Shown here piece after piece: positions 20,099 to 29,086 of a stretch of 64,000 bases of DNA (position 1 is its first letter; every line of letters starts with the position of its first letter). This DNA comes from an uncultured Verrucomicrobiae bacterium (GTDB taxonomy: Bacteria > Chlamydiota > Chlamydiia > Chlamydiales > Rhabdochlamydiaceae). Where the stretch lies: positions 64,001 to 128,000 of the forward strand of contig CAWFUG010000009.1 of assembly GCA_963818965.1 (NCBI GenBank), given 5' to 3'. The notes beneath the pieces were generated by a model. That model saw only the letters and a list, made by a program, of their open reading frames with translations, searched no databases and was not told where the DNA came from. Position numbers and translations under genes: made by a program.

Positions 20099-20268
20099 TA
20101 TACCCCTTCCACCTCAATCGTAACCACAAGCAAACCGATTAAAAGCCTCAAATTTCGAATCAAAGGGAGGGGGTTAATATTAATTCAATATTACCCCCTC
20201 CCTTTGATTCGAAATTTGAGAACTTTTCATTCGGTTTTCTTGGGTACGATTGAGGTGGAAGGGGTATA
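20099..20268. mobile_element. Family A palindromic MITE-like element, copy A2
   Basis: Terminal inverted repeats tataccccttccacctcaatcgta / tacgattgaggtggaaggggtata, with a long central stem. Confidence 0.9.
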
Positions 20269-20430
20269 TCCACGTGGGTGTATAACCATTTCTCTCTTCA
20301 TCATTCATATCATTACATCATTCCTACCATTTCCTTGCCTTGCGTTCAAAAAAACTTACCAAGATCCTGGTTTTGTCTTGTAATCGAAGAACAAACACTT
20401 GCTTTTAGAAAAAATCCCTGGCAATTTGGA

Positions 20431-20597
20431 TATACTGCGCCCGGTCAGGAATTGCGAATTTGAGCAGCGTGAAAGCTCCCGCGATTCCACGATCGAAAAG
20501 AGGGCCTGTATTTCCTCAATACTGGCTCCCTTTTCGATCGTGGAATCCCGGGGCTTATGTACCGGTCAAATTCGCAATTCCTGACCGGGCGCAGTAT
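20431..20597. mobile_element. Family B palindromic element, copy B1 (about 167 nt)
   Basis: atactgcgcccggtcaggaattgcgaatttga / tcaaattcgcaattcctgaccgggcgcagtat inverted repeat, plus an inner gattccacgatcg/cgatcgtggaatc stem. Confidence 0.88.
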
Positions 20598-20618
20598 TGT
20601 TATCAAGGTGTAGAACAC

Positions 20619-22625
20619 ATGCTCAGAGAGACTTTGGCTCCTTTGATCGAGCGATTGAAGGGATGTACGGATAAGCAAGAGCGGATGGCATTGCTCGATC
20701 GAGAGAACGGGGCGTGGGAGCAGCTTTCTGCTCTTGGGGAGCCGTTTGATTTTGATCGGGAATGGGTTTTAAAATCACTACTCTTCATCGGGCAGGCAGA
20801 CCACTTGTTCAGATTGAACAGGGGTCAGCTGGAAGAGGTTCTCGATACACTGATCCCCGTCGACGTGTTTTATCGGCAGATAGGGGGTATTGTCGGATAC
20901 CACGCGATGATGCTCTCTCTGCTTACGAGTGAAGAGCACAGCTCTAAAAAAATCGAAGGGAATTTCTTGCGCCCTCCGGGAATTGCTATCTCTAACGAAA
21001 CAGCAGAGGTGAGGCGTTACACCATGGAGGGGCTCCGTGCTCTGCCGCAGATGGCTGAGATGTATCCTGTCGGAGGGGCTGCAGATCGATTGAGGTTTTG
21101 CGATCCTGTGACGCAAGTGCCGCTTCCCGCAGCGAAGCTTCCCTTTTGCGGGCGGACGCTTTTGGAGGGGTTGATTCGAGATGTCGTAGCGCGGGAGTAT
21201 TTGTATTACAAGTTGTTTGGTGAACAACTCATCACGCCGATTGCGATGATGACATCGCATGAAAAGGACAACCATTGTCAAATTGTCCGCCTGTGTGAAG
21301 AGCGGGCGTGGTTTTCTCGACCGAAGGACTCCTTTCGATTTTTCTCTCAGCCACTCGTTCCGACGATGGATGCATTGGGGCGATGGTGTAGGAGCGAATC
21401 GGGTGGGTTTTTAATGAAGCCAGGGGGGCATGGAGTCTTGTGGAAGGCTGCAGAAGATGCCGGGATTTTCGATTGGTTGGGGGCCCTAGGCAGAGGCAAG
21501 TTGCTCGTGCGGCAAATCAACAATCCGATCGCGGGGATCGATCATAGCCTGCTGACATTTTGTGGGGTGGGTATTTCTGAGCAGAAAGAGTTCGGCTTTG
21601 CCTCTTGTCCGCGCCAGACGCAATCGGCAGAGGGGATGAATGTCCTCATCGAGAAAAATGATTCTGAGTACTGCTTGACCAATATCGAGTACTGCGACTT
21701 CAAGCGGTTTGACATCGAAGATGTCCCAGTGAATGCAGAGAGCGCTTATTCCCGGTACCCATCTAACACCAATATCCTCTTTGCTGACATCGGGGCCATT
21801 CGGGAGAAGATCGCAGTTTGTCCGCTTCCAGGGATGCTTCTCAATTTCAAAAAGATGAGTTTTTTCGATGCCTTGGGAAACCCTCTCGAAGGGCCGGTGG
21901 CCCGTCTCGAGTCGATGATGCAGAATATCGCTGACCATTTCGTCGCTCCCAATCTCTCTCTGCTGACGACTTTTTTGACATACCAACACCGCAGAAAGAC
22001 GATTTCCACAGCGAAACGGGAATTTCAAGAGGGAGGGTCCCTATTAGAAACTCCAGAAGGGTGTTATTTCGAGCTGTTGCAAAATGCTCATGAGCTATTG
22101 ACTCAGGGGTGCCGTTTTATCCTTCCTGATTTCTATTTGGCTGAGGACTACCTAAAAAAAGGACCCAACGTTCTCTTTCACTATCATCCCGCGTTAGGGC
22201 CTCTCTACGAGATCATCGCGCAAAAACTCCAAGGAGGTTCTTTGGCAGAAGGGAGTGAATTAGAGCTTGAAATCGCAGAGATTCAGGTGCGCAATCTCTC
22301 TTTAAAAGGCTCTTTGCGCGTGGTAGCGACTCATCCGGTGCAAGATTTGGAGGGGCGTTATTCAAGCCGTGTAGGCAGATGTGAGTTGATCGATGTCGTC
22401 ATCGAAAATGAAGGGATCGATCGGAGCGCTGCGAATTGTTATTGGAAGAGAGAGGTTACCCGTAAAGAGGTCTGCTCGATTCTCATCCACGAAGATGGAG
22501 AATTCTATGCGCACGGTGTGGTGTTAAAAGGGAATTTTCAGATTGAAGTGCCTCCAAGAACGCGTGTGACGCTCTTGCCCACAGAGGGTGGAGGTTTTAC
22601 TCAACTTTTGAATCCAATTGGATAA
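20619..22625 (+). CDS. UTP--glucose-1-phosphate uridylyltransferase family (UGP3-like)
   Basis: YPVGGAADRL, KPGGHG, VRQINNP, TNIEY, PSNTN and RLESMMQNIAD motifs. Start taken at MLRETL, downstream of element B1. Confidence 0.8.
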   Translation: MLRETLAPLIERLKGCTDKQERMALLDRENGAWEQLSALGEPFDFDREWVLKSLLFIGQADHLFRLNRGQLEEVLDTLIPVDVFYRQIGGIVGYHAMMLSLLTSEEHSSKKIEGNFLRPPGIAISNETAEVRRYTMEGLRALPQMAEMYPVGGAADRLRFCDPVTQVPLPAAKLPFCGRTLLEGLIRDVVAREYLYYKLFGEQLITPIAMMTSHEKDNHCQIVRLCEERAWFSRPKDSFRFFSQPLVPTMDALGRWCRSESGGFLMKPGGHGVLWKAAEDAGIFDWLGALGRGKLLVRQINNPIAGIDHSLLTFCGVGISEQKEFGFASCPRQTQSAEGMNVLIEKNDSEYCLTNIEYCDFKRFDIEDVPVNAESAYSRYPSNTNILFADIGAIREKIAVCPLPGMLLNFKKMSFFDALGNPLEGPVARLESMMQNIADHFVAPNLSLLTTFLTYQHRRKTISTAKREFQEGGSLLETPEGCYFELLQNAHELLTQGCRFILPDFYLAEDYLKKGPNVLFHYHPALGPLYEIIAQKLQGGSLAEGSELELEIAEIQVRNLSLKGSLRVVATHPVQDLEGRYSSRVGRCELIDVVIENEGIDRSAANCYWKREVTRKEVCSILIHEDGEFYAHGVVLKGNFQIEVPPRTRVTLLPTEGGGFTQLLNPIG

Positions 22626-22653
22626 AAAGCAGCGAGCGTTGCCGCTCGCTGCT
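22624..22653 (-). terminator. Intrinsic terminator between convergent genes
   Basis: agcagcgagcg-ttgc-cgctcgctgct stem preceded by an A-run, which is a U-tract on the minus strand. Confidence 0.8.
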
Positions 22654-22662
22654 AAAGAGTCT

Positions 22663-22977
22663 CTAAGCTCTCCGAGCTCTTGCATGATCCGCTTGAGCTG
22701 CGTCTTGGCAGCACAATCTAGAAAATAGTGCTGTAAGAATGCTGCCGACTGCGGCTGCTCCTACGGCTACCATGATTGTCGAGGGATTTTCTTGAACAAA
22801 TTGCTTCGCAGACTCAAAAAATGGTTGGATCCATTCAGCGATTCTGGATGCCAATTGGCATGCGTATTGGAATCCGGCTTGGCAGGTTCTCATTCCCCAC
22901 TGCGCGGAAGCGACGCCCACTTCCTTGATTCCTTGGCAGCAATTTACTAACCCGTCTTGAATACGTTGTACTGACAT
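22663..22977 (-). CDS. Small hypothetical membrane protein
   Basis: 104-aa ORF with an AGGAGG Shine-Dalgarno, a C-terminal hydrophobic segment and its own terminator. Confidence 0.7.
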   Translation of the reverse strand: MSVQRIQDGLVNCCQGIKEVGVASAQWGMRTCQAGFQYACQLASRIAEWIQPFFESAKQFVQENPSTIMVAVGAAAVGSILTALFSRLCCQDAAQADHARARRA

Positions 22978-23194
22978 AATGACCTCCTGATAAAGAGTAA
23001 AGTTGACTTCTCAAAGAGAATGTAGGTTCTGAGCTGGCATCATAACGAAAACTGAGTTTGAGTAAAACGCTAATTTTCTGCCTCCCCAGAACCTTCCAAT
23101 AGGTGGGAATCTCTTCAAATCGCCGTCGATTATAGGATTTGCAAAATTATTGTAAAGGAACGGTTAAGGTTTTGTAAAACTGTGGGAGGGGAAT

Positions 23195-23223
23195 TTGACA
23201 ATTTTTCTCCTCTATGGGATAGT
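23195..23223 (+). promoter_or_regulatory. Putative sigma66/sigma70 promoter for prfB
   Basis: TTGACA-N17-GATAGT, about 30 nt upstream of the ATG. Confidence 0.5.
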
Positions 23224-23251
23224 GGGGGGAGATTCTAGGGGACGGAAGAAT

Positions 23252-24354
23252 ATGAACGAGCAAATTCAAGATCAGATCAAAAGCATCGAAAATCGCCTTC
23301 TTCACATGCTGAGGTATCTTTGACTTAAAAAGCAAAGACGCTCGAATTGTGGCTTTAGAAACTCAGATGGAGGATTCTAGCTTTTGGGAGGACAACGCAC
23401 TGGCTCAGAAGGTCATCGAAGAGTGCAATCAGCTCAAAGCCTGGACGATTCCGTATAATGAGCTAAGGCGCCGTTTTGAGAATGTGCGGGATTTGTTAGC
23501 TGAGGTGGATGAAGCATCCGATGCAGAGTTCCATCAAGAGCTCGTGCACGAGCTAGAGGCTGTGGACAAGGTGCTCACAGATCTCGAGGTGCGTCGGATG
23601 CTCTCTGGAGAGCTCGATGGGAAAAATTGCTTTTTGAGCATCAACGCAGGAGCAGGGGGGACAGAGGCGTGCGATTGGGCGAATATGCTCTCTCGCATGT
23701 ACCAGCGCTTTGCCGCAAGAAGAGACTGGAAAGTCGAAGTCTTAGATTTCGTCGATGGGGATGTCGCGGGGATTAAGAGTGTCACTCTCAAGATTTCTGG
23801 CTCTTTCGCCTACGGGTATTGCAAAGCGGAAAGAGGCGTCCACCGCCTGGTGCGGATCTCTCCCTTTGATAGCAATGCGCGGCGGCACACGAGTTTCGCC
23901 TCGGTCGATATGACTCCAGAGATCGATGAAGATATCCAGATCGAAATTAGGCCCGAACAGATCCGAGTGGATACCTATCGCGCTTCAGGTGCTGGCGGTC
24001 AGCACGTCAATAAGACCGATTCAGCCGTGCGGATCACCCATCTTCCGACGGGGATCGTCGTCTCTTGCCAAAGCGAGCGGAGCCAGATCCAAAACCGGGA
24101 GACCTGCATGAAGATGCTCCGCGCGAAGCTCTATGAAAAAGAGCTTGGAAGAGCGGGAGTCGAAGCTGAAGGAGGTCGCTGGAGAGAAAAAGGAGATCGC
24201 CTGGGGAAGCCAGATCCGCAATTATGTTTTTCAACCCTATACGCTTGTCAAAGATACGCGAACCAAGTATGAAGTAGGGAATATTCACGCTGTTATGGAT
24301 GGAGAGATCGATGGTTTCATCAATGCATACCTCAAGGAGTTTGGCAATACCTAA
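23252..24354 (+). CDS. prfB: Peptide chain release factor 2 (programmed +1 frameshift, plus an extra apparent frameshift at about 24147)
   Basis: ATG at 23252, 23 codons to CTT-TGA-C, SPF and GGQ motifs. The C-terminal WGSQIRNYV lies in another frame after 24147. Confidence 0.95.
23311..23324 (+). promoter_or_regulatory. prfB +1 ribosomal frameshift site
   Basis: GAGGTAT-CTT-TGA-C is an internal SD-like sequence followed by the canonical slippery site. The +1 frame joins the 23349 ORF. Confidence 0.93.
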
Positions 24355-24411
24355 TATACCCCGGGGCTTTCACGCAGCTCAAATGCACCATCCTCAAGCG
24401 CGCGGAGTATA
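24355..24411. repeat. Family D/B hybrid short element
   Basis: tatacccc...ggagtata ends. The left part is the reverse complement of the B arm (gcgtgaaagc) and the right part matches D at 28330. Confidence 0.75.
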
Positions 24412-24414
24412 TAA

Positions 24415-24906
24415 GTGAAAGAAGATCTAGACATTCGTTACACGTATGTAACTGATATCCTTATCTGCGCACGTGGCTGCATGACCCAGAGGTGCGCAAG
24501 TGGTTTCCCGTGTCGACAGAAAAAGAGATCGAAGACGCCGATACAGTGTTGGATTGGATTTAGCCGTTATAGCTCGAGTTTGACGGCGACGATCAATCAT
24601 GTACCTTGTGGAATTGGGACCCTTTTTCTCATGCCTTATCGGAAAGTCGCACACCACTGTCTCTTTAAGCTCGTTGTCGATCCCCGTTATCAGCGCCAAG
24701 GAATCGGAAGATCTCTTTTAAAAAACTTAAAGCATCTCGCAAAAACCTACTTTCATCTGGAATTCATGCATATCGAGGTGTTCGAAGGCAATCCCTTCAT
24801 CCATCTGTTGAAGGAGTTCCATTTTCAGGAATTTGCCAGACAAGATCGATTTGTAAAAGATGCCGGAAAGTATTCTGCGCGCATTTTGTATGAGAGTTTT
24901 CTATGA
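24415..24906 (+). CDS. GNAT acetyltransferase (two compensating indels at about 24458 and 24540)
   Basis: VDPRYQRQGIGRSLL acetyl-CoA motif. It is a paralog of the next gene. Confidence 0.85.
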   Translation: MKEDLDIRYTYVTDILICARGCMTQRCASGFPCRQKKRSKTPIQCWIGFSRYSSSLTATINHVPCGIGTLFLMPYRKVAHHCLFKLVVDPRYQRQGIGRSLLKNLKHLAKTYFHLEFMHIEVFEGNPFIHLLKEFHFQEFARQDRFVKDAGKYSARILYESFL

Positions 24907-25418
24907 GCAATATCGCCCCTGATGAATTAAAAATGCGCCTCATGAAATTAGAGGATGCCCCCTATTTGACAGAGTGGCTTTCCGATCCGACCGTTTTGTG
25001 TTGGTTTCCCATGTTCGATCAAAGGGAGATCGAGGACGCAGTCCGGATCTGGGTGGGGTATTCGCGGATCGAATCGGGTTTGACCGCTGAATACCGCGGA
25101 GAGCCCTGTGGCATGGCCAATCTCTACATTCAGCCCTACGAAAAGCTCCAGCACACCTGCCTCTTTTCAATCATCGTCAAAGGGGATATGCGCGGCAAAG
25201 GGATCGGGCGCTTTCTCATCGAAAATTTAATCCTGCACGCTAAAGAGAGGTTTAAAATTGAAATCCTGCACCTCGAAGTCTACGAGGGCAATCCCGCGAG
25301 GCATCTCTATGAGCGGTGCGGCTTTCGCCCCTTTGGAAGGCAATCCCATTTCATTAAAGAAGAGGGGAAATACACAGCAAAAATTTTTATGCAGAGAGAT
25401 TTGAGCCTATCCCCGTAA
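24903..25418 (+). CDS. GNAT acetyltransferase
   Basis: MRGKGIGRFL and LEVYEGNPARHLYERCGF motifs. Confidence 0.9.
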   Translation: MSNIAPDELKMRLMKLEDAPYLTEWLSDPTVLCWFPMFDQREIEDAVRIWVGYSRIESGLTAEYRGEPCGMANLYIQPYEKLQHTCLFSIIVKGDMRGKGIGRFLIENLILHAKERFKIEILHLEVYEGNPARHLYERCGFRPFGRQSHFIKEEGKYTAKIFMQRDLSLSP

Positions 25419-25532
25419 AAAGTTTTGGCCGATTTTCGATTTTTTTGGCATGCGTATATTACCCCTGCCAAAAAAATCGAAAATCGGCCAAAATAACTCC
25501 GAAAATTGACGAAAACGTTTTACTGGGATAGG
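25406..25532. repeat. Family F palindromic element
   Basis: Outer inverted repeat cctatccccgtaaaa / ttttactgggatagg, with a perfect 28-bp inner stem at 25423-25493. Confidence 0.8.
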
Positions 25533-25538
25533 TTCCTA

Positions 25539-25991
25539 ATGAGTCTCTGGCGTAAGCTCTTTTCCAAACCCACCTCTCCCACCCCTCCCGCTCGTCTCCA
25601 AAAAAAGACCCATTACGACCTTCAAGCGATCTACAAAGCCATTAACGCTGAGTATTTTGGAGGAAAGCTCTCCCTCAAGATTTCCTGGTTTGCAAACGCT
25701 TCAAAGCCAGCCTATCGGTACCGTAAATTGGGACTTTACTGTTTTGAGACTAAAGAGATCAAAATCCATCGTTTGCTCGATCATCCCGATTTTCCCCCTT
25801 ACTTTATCTCCTATGTCGTATATCATGAAATGCTCCATAGCGTTTGTCCTCCGATCCGCGTGAGAAAAAAGGGACGCTACCAGATCCATCACTCTGAGTT
25901 TAAGAGGCGGGAAATGGAATTTGCCGACTACGCTTTGGTCAAACGTTGGGAAGAAAAGAACAAACAACGGTTTTTTTATGGCAGGACATAG
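25539..25991 (+). CDS. SprT/M48-like zinc metalloprotease domain protein
   Basis: YVVYHEMLH (HExxH) followed by HHSEF. Confidence 0.75.
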   Translation: MSLWRKLFSKPTSPTPPARLQKKTHYDLQAIYKAINAEYFGGKLSLKISWFANASKPAYRYRKLGLYCFETKEIKIHRLLDHPDFPPYFISYVVYHEMLHSVCPPIRVRKKGRYQIHHSEFKRREMEFADYALVKRWEEKNKQRFFYGRT

Positions 25992-26700
25992 TAAGTGGGC
26001 GAATATCAAGCATCAAAAAGGGAAAGCTGATGCGATTCGAGGTAAAATTTTCTCTCGCCTTGTCAAAGAGATCATCAGCGCTGTGAAGCAGGGGGGACCC
26101 GATCCCAAGAGCAATACGCGCTTAAAAAGCGTGATCCAAAAGGCAAAAGCGGCGAACCTTCCGAGCGATAACATCGAACGAAATATCAAAAAAGCAACGA
26201 GTGCTGATCAAGCGGATTATACCGCAATGACCTATGAGCTCTACGGCTATGGCGGTGTTGGGATCATCGCCGAGGTGATGACCGATAACAAAAATCGGAT
26301 CTCCTCCGATATGAGAATCGCCACCAACAAAAAAGGGGGAACGGTCGCTACCCCGGGATCTGTCGCGTTTAATTTCGAACGCAAAGGGGTCATTCAAGTG
26401 CCCAAAAAAGGTCTTTCTGAAGAGGATCTATTCCTCCTTGCAACGGAGGCAGGTGCTGAGGATTTCGACTCTACAGAGGATCTGTTCATCATCACGACAG
26501 CACCCGACGCCCTTTTTCAGGTAAAAGAGCAATTGGATGCGGCTGGGATCCCTTCTGAGTCTGCGGAATTAGAGATGATCCCCAAAACCTATGTCGCATG
26601 CGATCCAGAGACCCAGAAACTGAATTTCGATCTCATCGATTATCTCGAAAACCTAGATGATGTCGACTCTGTCTCTCATAACATGAAGTTGGAAGATTAA
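25978..26700 (+). CDS. yebC: YebC/PmpR family regulator
   Basis: MAGHSKWANIKH N-terminus, TDNKNR and LDDVDSVSHN motifs. Confidence 0.95.
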   Translation: MAGHSKWANIKHQKGKADAIRGKIFSRLVKEIISAVKQGGPDPKSNTRLKSVIQKAKAANLPSDNIERNIKKATSADQADYTAMTYELYGYGGVGIIAEVMTDNKNRISSDMRIATNKKGGTVATPGSVAFNFERKGVIQVPKKGLSEEDLFLLATEAGAEDFDSTEDLFIITTAPDALFQVKEQLDAAGIPSESAELEMIPKTYVACDPETQKLNFDLIDYLENLDDVDSVSHNMKLED

Positions 26701-26715
26701 GCTCCATTAAAACCG

Positions 26716-26788
26716 CTTCCCTCTCTGTGGTTTCCCTTCTCTGTGGTAATTTTTCTACCACAGAGAGGGGAAACCACAGAGAGGGAAG
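26716..26788. repeat. Family E repeat, copy E3 (arms in swapped order)
   Basis: cttccctctctgtggtttccc...ggggaaaccacagagagggaag, between convergent genes. Confidence 0.85.
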
Positions 26789-26809
26789 GGATTGTATGCA
26801 AGGCAGGCT

Positions 26810-27634
26810 CTAACGCATATCGATAATATCGAAATGGGACTCGTCGTCCGCATCGCTGGAGATAGGGGAGGAGGAGGAATCAGAAGTCTCTTTGGAATAA
26901 AGGGGAGAGCTGGATTCCGCATCGCCGTTACTCTCACTCTCTGTGCTTAGAAGAAGAGGATCGGAAAACGTACTGTCATCTGCGTAATCGGGAGAACTCG
27001 ACCGCGCAGGGCATAGAAGAGGCTCGAAAAGCGCGTTGCCATAGGGATCTACATAACCAGTGAAATTGAACGGGCGCACCGCATCGGCATCGCTGGATGC
27101 TGAGGAGAATTCAGAGAACTCCTCTTTAGGGTTAGTTTCATCAGTTGTGTTTTGCGCGTGCTTTTTCTTGAGTTCAATAAAATGAATTGTGTCTTCGACC
27201 TTGTCTAAAAGGAATTCATTTAATTCGTTTTTGTTTAGCAGTGCTTTTTCGCTTTGTGTATTATCAGTGAATATATTGAGCACGTAATCTTGCACCTGAG
27301 TCCAAATCTCCAAATCTTCTTCTTGCACATTTTCTTTTTCTCTAGTCGGAGCGGTCAATTTGGCGTATAGCTCTGCGCCACCCACTTGATACTCAGATTC
27401 TCCTAAGTTAGGAATTGTGAATTGAGAGCCCACATAGGTATCTGTGCCAAAGGTAGCGGTCAGTTTTGCATAGTTAGGCAATACATTCATAAATGCGCAG
27501 AAGGTGCGAAGCTCAGGTTCATTTAATTGTTCCACATTTTTTAGAGAAAAATTTGGAATGCAATTTTTGCTTACATCTTCTTCCAGTAGATTGTAAAAAA
27601 CCTGACCTTGATTTAGTTCGTTGTTTATGGACAT
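26810..27634 (-). CDS. Hypothetical protein with acidic Ser-rich tail (paralog pair member)
   Basis: Shares an N-terminal domain (VFYN...EQL...EYxVGGAELYAKLT) with 27665-28204. Confidence 0.75.
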   Translation of the reverse strand: MSINNELNQGQVFYNLLEEDVSKNCIPNFSLKNVEQLNEPELRTFCAFMNVLPNYAKLTATFGTDTYVGSQFTIPNLGESEYQVGGAELYAKLTAPTREKENVQEEDLEIWTQVQDYVLNIFTDNTQSEKALLNKNELNEFLLDKVEDTIHFIELKKKHAQNTTDETNPKEEFSEFSSASSDADAVRPFNFTGYVDPYGNALFEPLLCPARSSSPDYADDSTFSDPLLLSTESESNGDAESSSPLYSKETSDSSSSPISSDADDESHFDIIDMR

Positions 27635-27664
27635 GTGATACCCTTTTGTTTTTAAGTAATTAAA

Positions 27665-28204
27665 TTATTTTTTCCCGATATTAATAAAGCTCCCTTCATA
27701 GTTTTCAACTAAGACGAAATCCTCGATTTCCTCTGATTCCACGGGAATTGTCTTTCTTGGCTGATTTGCATTCCCACCCTGAATCTCGTGGATGAGTGTG
27801 GAGAGTTCCCCTAGTAGCATTTTTTTTTGTGTATTGTCTACATGGGTGCTGGAAAAACTATAAAAGTATCCGCCCACTCGGCTGAACCATCCAGAATTTT
27901 GCACCGAGGTCTCTTGTGTAATGCGAGTGGTTAATTTGGCATAGAGCTCTGCTCCACCCACTGTATATTCGCTAAAATCAGGAGTGTCGTGTTGAAAATT
28001 TACAGGGATATTTGCAAAGGTCTTGGTCACTAGCAAGTGGGTAGGTAAGAATTTCAGAAAAGCAGACAGGGTTTGTAGCTCATTTGCATCTAACTGCTCG
28101 ATGTCTTCTGGAATAAAAATCGGCGGGGAGCCCCCATTCACATCTTCACTTAATTTATTATAAAAAACTACAGCTTGGTTTGTTGTGTTATTTATAGACG
28201 ACAT
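27665..28204 (-). CDS. Hypothetical protein (paralog pair member)
   Basis: Paralog of 26810-27634, with a very AT-rich upstream region. Confidence 0.75.
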   Translation of the reverse strand: MSSINNTTNQAVVFYNKLSEDVNGGSPPIFIPEDIEQLDANELQTLSAFLKFLPTHLLVTKTFANIPVNFQHDTPDFSEYTVGGAELYAKLTTRITQETSVQNSGWFSRVGGYFYSFSSTHVDNTQKKMLLGELSTLIHEIQGGNANQPRKTIPVESEEIEDFVLVENYEGSFINIGKK

Positions 28205-28329
28205 TGTTCTCTCGTTTGTTTTATTATAAAATCGTTAAATATAATTATAATTATACAATAAATTGTAATAAAATTTGTATATAAAAATTAACTTTCTCTA
28301 AATGTCTGATAATGAATTAGATGTGCTTC

Positions 28330-28376
28330 TATACCCCGCGCGCTTAGGAATGGTGCATTTGAGCGCGCGGGGTATA
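28330..28376. repeat. Family D short palindromic element
   Basis: tataccccgcgcgct...agcgcgcggggtata perfect 15-bp inverted repeat. Confidence 0.85.
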
Positions 28377-28377
28377 A

Positions 28378-29085
28378 TTATTTCTTCTTACGCCACCGTC
28401 GAATGGCGATGGGGATAAGGGCGCAGAGGCTGATCGCCGCGAGAGTGATCTTCAGCTGGGTATTGAAGATTTCGGAGATATGGAAAGAGGTGTGGGTATT
28501 TAGGTACTGGGAAAAGCCAGAGCCCGCTTCTGAGAAGATGATACAGAAGGGCAAGACGCCGATGAAAAGGGTCCAGAGAAAGGTCCAGAACCGCACTTCG
28601 AGGATGGCGGAGAGGAAGTTGATGAGCCAGAAGGGAAGGAGGTGGGAGAGGCGAAAGAAGAGGAGGTAATAGATCTCTTCATTGTGGATTTGATGCTCGA
28701 TCTTGTGCAAGAATTTCGATTTTTTGATGAAGCGGAAGCTTGTGCAAGCCAGGCGCACGATGCCGAAAAAGAGGGTGCCACCGAGCGTCTCTCCTATACA
28801 GGCATAGAGGATCGCGAGGGGTAAAGGGAAGAGGAGGCCTCCAATCAGGGTCAAGAGGATCGCATCGGGGATGAGGAGGGCTGCCGAGAGGGTGTAAATC
28901 AATAAAAAATAAAGAGAAGCGAGGATGGGGTGAGAGGTTGCATACGCTTTGTATTTTACCTGCTCTGTCTTTAGTGTTTCAAAATCGATCGTAGGGAAAG
29001 CGCCGCTGAAATAGAGTCCCAAAATGACGATCAGAAGGATCGCTAGTGGGATGAGTCCTAATAAGCGGCGCTTTTTTAGATTCAT
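28378..29085 (-). CDS. TVP38/TMEM64 (VTT/DedA) family membrane protein
   Basis: LTLIGGLLF and YLLFFRLSHLLPFWLIN motifs, multiple TM segments. Confidence 0.85.
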   Translation of the reverse strand: MNLKKRRLLGLIPLAILLIVILGLYFSGAFPTIDFETLKTEQVKYKAYATSHPILASLYFLLIYTLSAALLIPDAILLTLIGGLLFPLPLAILYACIGETLGGTLFFGIVRLACTSFRFIKKSKFLHKIEHQIHNEEIYYLLFFRLSHLLPFWLINFLSAILEVRFWTFLWTLFIGVLPFCIIFSEAGSGFSQYLNTHTSFHISEIFNTQLKITLAAISLCALIPIAIRRWRKKK

Positions 29086-29086
29086 C

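Noticed and set aside
20460..20618. N-terminal extension of the UGP3-like protein
   Set aside because: It is read-through of element B1 from a TTG. The ATG at 20619 is the more plausible start, though translation is not excluded.
23311..23324. prfB internal stop as a pseudogene or novelty
   Set aside because: It is the well-known programmed +1 frameshift.
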